Part shown: positions 1-9,105 of the stretch, piece by piece
Layout of the letters: each line of letters begins with the position of its first letter
Position numbering within the stretch: position 1 is the stretch's first letter
From: Gammaproteobacteria bacterium
Lineage (GTDB): Bacteria > Pseudomonadota > Gammaproteobacteria > JADZEE01
DNA length: 64,000 nt
NCBI GenBank assembly: GCA_965225625.1
Contig: CBDDBH010000025.1
Span: forward strand, 96,152 to 160,151
Direction of reading: 5' to 3'
Translations under genes and position numbers: made by a program
Notes under the pieces: generated by a model
Seen by the model: only the letters and a program-made list of their open reading frames with translations
What the model was told of the DNA's origin: nothing
The model's database searches: none

Positions 1-690
1 GCGCGCAAAGCGTTGACACTTTCGAAATCGATACGCCGGGTCAAGATCAAAGGTCAAGGAGATTCCCTGGATCGCTGGTACGAGTGCATATCCCAAAAGA
101 TTAACGGCGTTGACGGCCTCGCGGAGCTAAGTTGCTTCGTTGACGCCACTCACCATGAAGAGCGTGATTCAGTTCGCCGGATCTACTCCGATCTGCACGA
201 TCCCGAAAGAATTGATCCCGTTACCGGGCTATTCAAAAAAGCAGCCGTTCGGCAGGAACTGACCGCCCAGGTATCGCGCAGCCGGCGCTACAATAATCCG
301 CTGTCGATCATTATGCTGCGCATCGCATTGGAGGATCGGGACCAGCCCGTGGTCGCCGAACTCGAACGACAACGCGCGTTACGTAACATATCCAGAATGT
401 TGCGCGACAAGTTGCGCTGGGTAGATATCGTCGGCTGCTGGGGCAAGAGTGAATTCTTGATGGTGCTGCCGGAGACCTGCGAAGAGCCGGCCACCAACCT
501 GGCGAAAAAGATCCGTGGTTACATAAAAAGGCTAAAACCACTGCATGATAACGATGAGCCCTCATTACCCGTGCGGATCGGCGTTACCGAGTGGCTCCAG
601 GGCGATGACGTAAATTCGCTAGTGGAACGCGTCGAGCACGAGCTGCACGGCGAGACGCTGCAGCCGCACTCTACGGTTGAAGTCGTTTAG
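1..690 (+). CDS. GGDEF-domain protein (diguanylate cyclase-like); 5' partial, with a degenerate active-site motif (GKSEF in place of GGDEF)
   Basis: The frame is open from window position 1. The ORF track starts it at 13. It contains LSIIMLRIALEDRD ... RWVDIVGCWGKSEFLMVLPET ... RIGVTEW, which has GGDEF-domain architecture with an altered signature. Confidence 0.6.
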   Translation, partial: ARKALTLSKSIRRVKIKGQGDSLDRWYECISQKINGVDGLAELSCFVDATHHEERDSVRRIYSDLHDPERIDPVTGLFKKAAVRQELTAQVSRSRRYNNPLSIIMLRIALEDRDQPVVAELERQRALRNISRMLRDKLRWVDIVGCWGKSEFLMVLPETCEEPATNLAKKIRGYIKRLKPLHDNDEPSLPVRIGVTEWLQGDDVNSLVERVEHELHGETLQPHSTVEVV

Positions 691-1157
691 GGAAGCGTCT
701 CTTCAATTTCGAAGTCGTGGGTGATCCGAGCGGTTTTGCCCAGCATGATAGATGCGGAGCAGTACTTTTCGGCCGATAGCTGAATCGCCCGCTCGACGTG
801 ATGGTGTTTGAGCTCATGGCCAGCGAGCACGAAGTGTACGTGGATGTTCGTGAAAACCTGAGGCGGTGTGTCCGCGCGGTTGGCGGACAGTTGTGCGCGG
901 CACCCGCTTATGCGTTGGCGCGATTTCTTGAGGATGGTCACTACATCGAGCGCGGTGCACGCCCCCATCCCGGCGAGCAGCATTTCCATCGGCCTCAGTC
1001 CTTTGTTCTGTCCGCCCAAATCCGCCGGGCCGTCAATGACAACGTTGTGACCGCTGTCTGACTCTGCCTGAAACTGAACGTTGTCGACCCATGTAATGGT
1101 GGTTTCCATAAAATAGCCTTCTGCGCAGCGGGCCGCGAGGGTAGCACAGTTCGACAT
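687..1157 (-). CDS. yhfA: OsmC/Ohr-family protein (YhfA-like)
   Basis: The core GPADLGGQNKGLRPMEMLLAGMGACTALDVVTILKKSR is typical of the OsmC family. It lies divergent and adjacent to crp, as in the E. coli yhfA-crp synteny. Confidence 0.75.
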   Translation of the reverse strand: MSNCATLAARCAEGYFMETTITWVDNVQFQAESDSGHNVVIDGPADLGGQNKGLRPMEMLLAGMGACTALDVVTILKKSRQRISGCRAQLSANRADTPPQVFTNIHVHFVLAGHELKHHHVERAIQLSAEKYCSASIMLGKTARITHDFEIEETLP

Positions 1158-1221
1158 CGCATTGGACCTTGAATTAGACTAACAGATTGAAAAGAAGGGG
1201 AAAGTACAATGGAGGTGTGGA

Positions 1222-1863
1222 TTGACCTTAGCTGAAGAACGCAAGCCTTCGATAGACGACGCAATTGCCCGTTTGCTTGATCATTGCCAGCGTAAGCAAT
1301 TTGCTGCGAAGTACACGATCGTTCGCCAAGGTGATCCATCCAGGGATCTGTTTTACATCATCGAGGGCTCCGTTACCGTGTTGCTCGAAGATGCGCAGGG
1401 CCATGAAATCGTGCTTGCTTACTTGAATCCCGGTGATTTTTTCGGAGAAATCGGCTTGTTCCGCGAGCAGGCCAGCCGCAGCGCACTCGTTCGGGCTAAA
1501 ACGCCGTGCGAAGTAGCGCAAATCAGCTACGAAAAAATCGAAAGCATGTCGACGATCTATCCTGACCTGGTTTTTGCCATAGCCTCCCAGCTCGCCATGC
1601 GTCTCATGAAGACCAACCGAAAAGTCAGTAACCTGGCATTCATGGACGTCTCCGGCCGAGTTGCTCGCGCGTTGCTGGATCTAACCAACGAGCCGGACGC
1701 AATGACCCACCCTGACGGTATGCAGATCCGCATTACCCGTCAGGAACTCGGACGCATTGTTGGCTGTTCCCGCGAGATGGTGGGCCGAGTCCTGAAAACA
1801 CTGGAAGAACAACACCTGATTAGTGCCAAAGGCAAAACCATCGTTGTGTTTGGCGTCAGGTAG
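1222..1863 (+). CDS. crp: cAMP receptor protein CRP/Vfr (cNMP-binding plus HTH)
   Basis: It aligns along its full length with E. coli CRP (for example NLAFMDVSGRVARALLDLTNEPDAMTHPDGMQIRITRQELGRIVGCSREMVGRVLKTLEEQHLISAKGKTIVVFG). A TTG start is preceded by a GGAGG ribosome-binding site at 1211..1215. Confidence 0.9.
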   Translation: MTLAEERKPSIDDAIARLLDHCQRKQFAAKYTIVRQGDPSRDLFYIIEGSVTVLLEDAQGHEIVLAYLNPGDFFGEIGLFREQASRSALVRAKTPCEVAQISYEKIESMSTIYPDLVFAIASQLAMRLMKTNRKVSNLAFMDVSGRVARALLDLTNEPDAMTHPDGMQIRITRQELGRIVGCSREMVGRVLKTLEEQHLISAKGKTIVVFGVR

Positions 1864-2159
1864 CTAGCGCGTCTTAATCTCAAATTCCAGGTCTCGTCCC
1901 GCGTAACCTGGAGTCATATCGGCAGCTAAATATCCCCCGAATGAGGGGAATTGCAATGGGGCTAAATTGACTCCAACCCCCTTTTTCACGACAATCGCGC
2001 CTCGAAAACTGGACGCCACCGCGAACCTCAACTCGAACGTAGGAGCCGCCTGCACGCGGCCACTAGAGTCGAATCGCAGCACGACCAACGATGTTGGAGC
2101 TGGAGCATGGCGAAGCCACCGCAGCACGGCCACGGATGGCGAGTATGATCTGAGACTGT

Positions 2160-2236
2160 GGCTATGTAGCTCAGTTGGTTAGAGCGCGGCATTCATAATG
2201 CTGAGGTCGGTGGTTCAAGTCCACCCATAGCCACCA
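2160..2236 (+). tRNA. tRNA-Met with CAT anticodon (elongator Met, or possibly the lysidine Ile2 type)
   Basis: The sequence ggctatgtagctcagttggttagagc...ttCATaa...ggttcaagtccacccatagccacca folds as a cloverleaf. It has a 7-bp acceptor stem, a T-arm GGTTCAAGTCC, an anticodon loop ttcataa, and a 3' CCA. Confidence 0.88.
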
Positions 2237-2366
2237 ATAAAAATCAATACGTTAGTGAATTATCTGACCCGTTGTAAACAGGCATCAAAAATTGACCCAC
2301 CATTGGCATCGAATATTGACCCACCAATAATGGGTAAAAAGCTCAGTTTCAGCGAAGGAAGCATCG

Positions 2367-3072
2367 TTGAAAGTGGGTCATTTTTCGACGCCTATCACAC
2401 CTCTAAGTGGGGCATTTTTGCATGCCGATTTACACGGATCTGCCGGTACCGAATCTTGGACCAATGTGGGGTTCGCGATGGTGCCGGAAAACAACGGCAG
2501 TACAGCGGTCGGTCCCATAGTATTCAGCGGCGCCTATTGCAGCGCTAATACATCGATAGCGGATCATCACAACCGCTTTATCGTCGGTACGGTCTGGAAT
2601 GATTTGAACGGCGACGGTGATTACGATGCAAACGAGGGTTTGAACAACGTCACGGTTATGCCCGATTCGGGTACCTAATTTTACGCAGACCGGAAACGCG
2701 GGTGGCTTTGCCATTCCGATCGCGGCGGCGGGAACCTATACGCTGACTTTTTCCGGCACGGCGCTGGGAGCTGGCACCTTGCAACGAATCGTCGAGGTGG
2801 GCACGGTCAGCGTGTTACAGGATCTGGAATTGTCCAGCGCGAACGCCGACACTGATGGCGATGGCGTTTTCGACAATGTCGATAATTGTCTGGCTATTTC
2901 AAACGCCGATCAAACCGACACAGACGGTGACGGCGAAGGTGATGCCTGCGACAGCGATGACGATAACGATGGTGTCCTCGATGAGGACGATCCGGCACCG
3001 CTAGATCCGAATGTATCGGGCGTTAATAGCATTCTTCCGATTTTGCTAGATTTTATTCTTGGCGACGAATAG
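2367..3072 (+). pseudogene. Secreted calcium-binding protein with thrombospondin type-3-like repeats (DTDGDGxxD); frameshifted
   Basis: Repeated motifs [28 protein letters not shown] and [22 protein letters not shown] occur in two different frames (2367..2678 and 2779..3072). A third frame in between reads [19 protein letters not shown]. Confidence 0.5.
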
Positions 3073-3230
3073 GATCCGTCGCCACGTCTGTGGCGAGTTC
3101 CTATGTAATCGTTATCCGTGATGTTATTCACGCAAAAGGTCACCGAATATCTATCATCAGCGCCGCGCCTCCAGTGGACCGCAACACCGGGTGTAGTATG
3201 ATCTCGGTCCCGTGAAGGTATACAGCGACA

Positions 3231-4418
3231 TTGCCCATGATTGACTATAGCACTGTGCCATATCCCATCCGCCCGGATTTCGCCGCGGCGCATAATCGCT
3301 ACTGGGAGCGCCTGGCCGGACCGGGGAGCTGGCTGACCGGTGCGCAACGCATCGAGGTTGCCCGCGAGGTCAGACACGCGTTCGATTGCGATTTCTGCCA
3401 GCGCCGCAAAGATGCGCTGTCGCCGACCCATGTCGATGGTACCCACGACAAGGTCACCAGCCTTTCCGACACAATGATCGAGATGATCCACCGGGTAGTC
3501 ACCGATTCGGGCCGTCTCACCAAGGCCTGGTTCGACGGCCTCATCGCCCAGGGTCTCAGCGAAGAGGAATACGTCGAGATACTCGGTACCGTCGTCAATC
3601 TCTTCTCCATCGACGAGTTCTGCCGCGCGCTTGCACTACCACCCAATCCATTGCCCGAACCCAAAGCTGGTGAACCCACGGGCTACCGTCCACTGACGCT
3701 GGTCAATGACGGTGCCTGGGTCAAAACGCTGCCGCATACCGTCGACGAAGGGCCGGAGTCCGATCTGTGGCCAGGTAGGACTGGTTACGTCATCCGCGCT
3801 TTGTCGCTAGTGCCGGACGAAGTTCGCTCCATGCTGGATCTGCTGGAGGTACATTACCTCAGCAACGATTACATTTTTAAAGTCAAAGGATCACCCAAGG
3901 GAACGCTAACACGGGTGCAGGCCGAGGTAGTCGCCATTCGAGTATCCGCACTCAATGGCTGTTTCTACTGAACCTCCTCACATGCGGTGATGCTCCGTGA
4001 GAGCGCCACGAGCAACGGAGAGACAGTCAACCTGCAGGGCCTGTCAGATCCGAATTGCAGCAAGCTGGACGATGTACCGTATTCCGAGGCGTTGATCGGT
4101 TTATCCGACGCGTTTCTAAGCCGTGATGCCGAAGCGTTGGCAGCCGCGCGAGATGCCCTGGAGCGCGCGATGGGGGTGGAAGCGATGATCGATGCGGCTG
4201 GGGTCGCCTCGAATTTCCAACGCATGGACCGGATTGCGGACGGCGCCGGGATCCCCTCGGACGCGCCGATGGTGATCATGGGCGAGGATATCATCGAACA
4301 GTTAAAGCTGGACGAATACGTGTCCGCTGGAAATACCCCCAAACTGTCGTGGCTGATGCGCCAGATCATGAAATTCCTGGCAGTGCCCAAGCTGCGCGAG
4401 CGCTTTTCACTCGACTAG
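3231..4418 (+). CDS. AhpD/carboxymuconolactone-decarboxylase-family protein, predicted selenoprotein (TGA at 3969..3971 read as Sec)
   Basis: ORF 3231..3971 ends ...IRVSALNGCFY-TGA. The same frame continues TSSHAVMLRESATSNGET... to 4418. Read through, the site is RVSALNGCFY[U]TSSH, which matches the AhpD/CMD signature RVSxxNGCxYCxxxH with the second Cys replaced by UGA. Confidence 0.7.
3993..4020 (+). promoter_or_regulatory. Candidate bacterial SECIS-like stem-loop just 3' of the in-frame UGA
   Basis: There is a 6-bp perfect stem, ctccgt (3993..3998) paired with acggag (4015..4020), and a G-rich loop. It starts 22 nt after the UGA. An alternative fold is ctcac (3977..3981) with gtgag (3997..4001). 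Confidence 0.35.
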
Positions 4419-4485
4419 CCGCAAGTGGCGCGCGCGTACATTCAGGAATCCTGAACCGTCGCAGACAGCTCCGCCGTCTGCCGTC

Positions 4486-6388
4486 ATGCGCGCTCACAAA
4501 CCCGCAATTTTAATCCTCGCGGCGTTGTTACCGACCGCGCTTGTAACGATGGCGCACGCCTGGACAGCCTATGGCGGAGGCGCTGGCGGCGGTCAGTATT
4601 CGCCGCTCGCGCAGCTCACAGTCGACAACGTGCAACGACTCGCGCCCGCGTGGATCTATCACACGGGTGAACTCGCCGACGGCAGTAACGGCATCGCGCC
4701 GACGACCTTCGAAGTCAATCCGATTTTCGTCAACAACGCCCTATATTTCTGTACACCCTACGGTCGGGTCGTGGCGCTGCGACCGGATACTGGCCAGGAG
4801 TTGTGGAGCTTCGATCCCGGCATCGATCGCACGACAACCATTATCGGCGCACACATCTGTCGTGGTGTCAGCTATTGGGAAGATGCACGGGCCGAACCGG
4901 CTAGCGTTTGTCGCAAGCGGGTGTTTCACGGTGTCGCAGATGGCCGCTTGATCGCGTTGGACGCTGATACCGGGCGCCGGTGTGAGGACTTCGGCCAGGC
5001 TGGAGAAGTCCGCTTGGACGCATTCGACTATCACGGCCACGGGGATGTCGGCCTGACATCGCCGCCCGCCGTCGTCAGGGATCGCGTCGTCGTGGGCGCC
5101 AGTTTTCCAAGCTACGAAAAAACCGATTCCGTAGATGGGATTGTTCGCGCATTCGATGCCCGCACAGGAGGACAGGTTTGGTCCTGGAATCCGATCCCGC
5201 CGTCGTTGAGCAGCAGCATTGGCGGCGCCAACGTGTGGGCACCGATATCCGTCGACCGTGCGCGCGGATTGGTGTTTGTGCCGACCACCAGTCCCACACC
5301 GGACATTTACGGCGTAGCGCGCGAGGAACCCGTGCCATACGCGAACGCCGTAGTCGCACTCAACGCAGACAGCGGCACCGTGCAATGGCACTTCCAGACC
5401 GTGCATCACGATTTGTTCGACTACGATCTACCGGCGCAGCCGCTGCTAGTTGAACTTCAACGCGGGAATGCGACCGTGCCTGCCGTGGTGCAGGTGACCA
5501 AGACCGGTTTTGTGTTCGTGCTGCATCGTGAGACGGGCGAACCGGTGTTCGCCCGTCGAGGAACGCCCGGTGCCGCCATCTGATTTGCCGGGTGAAGTCG
5601 CCGCCGCGACCCAACCGTTTTCAACTGAACTGGCACCGTTTGCGAGACAGGACTTCACGGCCGACGAAGCATGGGGTTTGACGTTCTGGGATCGGGGCCG
5701 TTGCCGCGCGGCCGTCGAGGCGCTGCGCAATGAAGGACTGTTCACACCGGCGAGTCTGCGAGGGAGCATGTTGATACCGAGTTCCGCCGGCGGTGCGAAC
5801 TGGGGTGCCGCTGCTTTTGATCCGCAGCGGCAGATCCTGATTGTCAACAACACCAATCTGGCGTTCTCGTCGCGCCTTATTGAACGCGAGAAATTCGATC
5901 TGGAGCTGGCGCGGCAACGCTATGCCACCGTCGGCATGATGCCCGATACCCCCTACGTCTGGATGGAAGCGCCTATCATGTCGCCCTTCGGTGTGCCCTG
6001 TACGCCGCCCCCTTGGGGGGCCATCACCGCCTACGATATGACGGCAGGTGAGATCCTCTGGCAGATTCCTTTCGGGCGTATGCCGGTCGGCCCGTTTCGC
6101 ACACCGCGGGCCTGGGGCGCACCGCACATGGGCGGCGCCATCATTACCGCCGGCGGGCTGATCTTTATTGGCGCGAGCCTGGACAGCAGGCTGCGAGCCT
6201 ACTCTTTGGCTGACGGCGAACAGGTTTGGGAAGCAGAACTCCCGGCCCCCGGCGTCGCCACGCCAATGACTTACTCGGCCGGCGAACCGGCGCGGCAGTA
6301 CGTGGTTATTGCCGCAGGCGGCCACGCAAGACTCAGCTCGCAATTATCAGACGCACTCGTCGCTTTTGCCTTGCCGGCTGCTCACTAG
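4486..6388 (+). pseudogene. PQQ-dependent dehydrogenase (quinoprotein glucose/alcohol dehydrogenase family) with signal peptide; apparent +1 frameshift near 5550
   Basis: The N-terminus has a signal peptide and W-rich propeller repeats. Two frames overlap, 4486..5583 and 5510..6388. Joining them gives ...RETGEPVF|PVEERPVPPSDLPGE, which is typical of quinoprotein dehydrogenases. A single extra nucleotide in gttcgcccgtcgagg separates the frames. Confidence 0.65.
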
Positions 6389-6410
6389 CGCAGATCGGAC
6401 CGAGCCTTCG

Positions 6411-6565
6411 AGATTTTGGGGGGTCAAGTCTTGTCTTTTGCTAGTGGTATGGACGCTTTCACAGATTTTGGGGGGTCAGGTCTTGTCTTTTGCTAGGATT
6501 TTCACAGATTTTGCAGATTTTGGGGGTCAGGTCTTGTCTTTTGCTAGTGGTCTGGACGCTTTTAA
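6411..6565. repeat. Tandem direct repeats (three units of about 45-60 bp) between convergent genes
   Basis: The unit agattttgggggg-tcaggtcttgtcttttgctag-tggtctggacgcttt is repeated three times, with small indels in the middle copy. Confidence 0.85.
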
Positions 6566-8646
6566 TTTTTAGCTTGCGGTGAATACCAGATGGGTGACGT
6601 CCACGCCATTTCCTGGATAACGTGCCTGGAGCTATCTTCACAAACTTCAGGCCTATTTGGCTCCTCATATTTCAGACAGTCCAGCAGGCTCCAGCGCGGA
6701 CTGGGGTTTTCAACAACGCGAAGATAGTAATAAGACGGCACACCCGAGTCGAACTCGTCATCTATGAATACAGCACATAAGGAATCATGACCCTCGCCGA
6801 ACTGCGCACCGGTAGTGGTATCGACGCCAGCACCATTGTCCGCATTCCCCGCGACAGTGTGCACTTTATAATGTGGCTTGCGCTCACTATCGATCCAGCC
6901 CTTGATTACTTGTAACTGTTGTAGCGGAGTCGCATCAGTAGCCGGGTCGCGAAGTGCTGACACAATAAAAGATGGTTTGCTTGCCTTGTTGGGTATCAAA
7001 TCAAGATCACCGCCCATGGGAACGCCAGTAGCATAAGCCTGAGTCATCATGTCTGGCATTTCACAACTTTTCTCTGAAATTGCCCAACCGCCAAAAAAAC
7101 GCGGCACGATTCTCGGTCCTGAGGTACCGAATACTTCGCGGCGCTGCATCGCATTGAAAATTGCATCGCGGGAGTTCTCTTCCGCCCACACTCCGGCCAG
7201 TCCACCTGGACTACCAAGGATCCCGGTGGGCAAAGTGCCTGGTTTAAGGCGATTATCGGGTAACATCTCACCAGTCACGTAGCCGCCCCATTCATCTTCT
7301 TTTACTGAGCCCGGTGTTGAAGTATGTCCATCGCTCGCCGCGACAACACCAAATTTCACCGGATTTACTCCAATCGCCTGTTCTTCTGCAAGGCCCGTCA
7401 ACAGAGCGCTGCGTAAGAAGTCATTGGCAGATACACAGCCACCGCCCATCATGCCATGACGACCGAAACCTTCTTCGCATTCGGTTGTTTTTGCAGCAGG
7501 GTCTTCCGTATCAAAAATTAGCTTGGCGCCATCCATGCTGATATTAATTCGCTTCGCCAAGGTGCCAATGTTACGGATTTGCTCAAAATCACAAAGCTCA
7601 TCAGGTGCACCAATGACGTTGCCTAGTCCATTTATGCATTCCGATGCTCCCTTGTGCTGAAATATCTCCATGATCGGTTCACTTTGCAATCGCGCTTGCG
7701 CGTACATTTTTCGATTATCGAGAGTCGGTTCAAGATCGGCATAAGGCGTCAATAGACGACCATTGGAAAGGTTGCTGTTATGGGGGATGGTTAAATATTC
7801 GCAATCGTTACTGTCGTTGCAGACGGCGTTTAACTGTTTCCATAAAAGATAGTCGAATGGATTTTCCATGTAGGTGACAGGTAAGGCCGGAACATTGGCA
7901 TTGCGAAAGATAACATTCCGATGATAGTTGGAGTTGTTAGGAGTACCCGTGTATTCGTAGGCCACAAAACTGGTAAATTTACATTCTGAACTGCGATCGT
8001 AGGCTTGTTCGGCAGCATCAATAACCACCTGCCAGGGTCCGGCAGCATAATCGCGACATATTTCCCCATCATCACCGCATAACATAGCAATGCGTTCGGG
8101 ATAATCACCACTCATGGCTGTTGCTATCATGGCGCTCCCACGAAATTCGACCTTGCGGTATTCGACACAAAATTCACCATCGTAGGCAGGTGATTCCGGC
8201 GTTTTACATAGTGCAGTTTCACCAAGGAACTCGCCGTGATCTGTCACTGCTGCAAAGTCGAGGGGACGATCGATAGAAATTTCTCCAGTAACATTACCTT
8301 GCTCATCAACCGGGAAAAATGGAATCGGTTCGCCTTTGGCGAAACGATAGGCATCTGCCGGAAGTGTTTTAGTGCGCCCTGCGGCTGCATCAAATGACAG
8401 CGAGGTATGCACATGCAATTCACCAAACAGAGCTTTGCGCTCCACGGCAAAATCTGCACATGCCTCGCGGACTTCGCTGTATTCGCGAGAGGAACTTGAA
8501 TCGGGCGTTGATGTTTCAGTTGAGGGGGCTTCATTCAACGCCGGAGCAATAGAGATGGCATTTGTGTCAGCGTGATCGTCCGAACAACCACCAAGCGCCA
8601 GTAATAAGACAGTAACGGCCATAAAATGAAGGCGAATTTGCATCAA
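6562..8646 (-). CDS. Lipoprotein, DUF3604-like, with an N-terminal HxH metal-binding motif
   Basis: A lipobox LLALGGCSDD is followed by LHVHTSLSFDA. The protein is 694 aa. The DUF3604 assignment is from memory and unverified. Confidence 0.5.
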   Translation of the reverse strand: MMQIRLHFMAVTVLLLALGGCSDDHADTNAISIAPALNEAPSTETSTPDSSSSREYSEVREACADFAVERKALFGELHVHTSLSFDAAAGRTKTLPADAYRFAKGEPIPFFPVDEQGNVTGEISIDRPLDFAAVTDHGEFLGETALCKTPESPAYDGEFCVEYRKVEFRGSAMIATAMSGDYPERIAMLCGDDGEICRDYAAGPWQVVIDAAEQAYDRSSECKFTSFVAYEYTGTPNNSNYHRNVIFRNANVPALPVTYMENPFDYLLWKQLNAVCNDSNDCEYLTIPHNSNLSNGRLLTPYADLEPTLDNRKMYAQARLQSEPIMEIFQHKGASECINGLGNVIGAPDELCDFEQIRNIGTLAKRINISMDGAKLIFDTEDPAAKTTECEEGFGRHGMMGGGCVSANDFLRSALLTGLAEEQAIGVNPVKFGVVAASDGHTSTPGSVKEDEWGGYVTGEMLPDNRLKPGTLPTGILGSPGGLAGVWAEENSRDAIFNAMQRREVFGTSGPRIVPRFFGGWAISEKSCEMPDMMTQAYATGVPMGGDLDLIPNKASKPSFIVSALRDPATDATPLQQLQVIKGWIDSERKPHYKVHTVAGNADNGAGVDTTTGAQFGEGHDSLCAVFIDDEFDSGVPSYYYLRVVENPSPRWSLLDCLKYEEPNRPEVCEDSSRHVIQEMAWTSPIWYSPQAKN

Positions 8647-9105
8647 ACCGACTCCCGTGAATGCGAATTACAACGGCAAACTAGCATATTGATACAGCTA
8701 TTGAACTCACCATCTCACTCCATGCTGTGACTTTGGTTATGTTCATGTTGTGTCCCCCTCCAACGCTACGTTATTCCAGCGACACGTCCAGGCGAACCAA
8801 TCATTTTGCGGTTCGGATTCAAGCACCCCGTCAACCATCTTTCATCCAGAACACCGTTTCGGTATTGACGCCAATCGGGTTCACGAAGCAGTCGGTGGTT
8901 CCACCCAGTATCCTGCACCTATTGGGACAAATCTATGCTGGTGGACGGAGCCGCAAGGAGCGGGCTGCTCGGCATTCTTCTATCTGGTCAATAGCAGAGT
9001 TTTATTAAAACCCGTTACCGCTTGAGACATACGCTTGCTCGACGAGCACGCCGGAATGTATGGCCGGTTCGTCGCCTGCGCTATATCAGTTTTAAAGTTA
9101 TTTTG

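Noticed and set aside
6411-6565. Possible CRISPR array
   Set aside because: The repeat units are contiguous with no unique spacers. Unit lengths vary from 43 to 60 bp. No cas genes are nearby. I call it a tandem repeat.
8727-9025. Short ORFs (91-93 aa) between the DUF3604 gene and the TPR gene
   Set aside because: They overlap each other in different frames and have no motifs. The region is more likely promoter or leader sequence.
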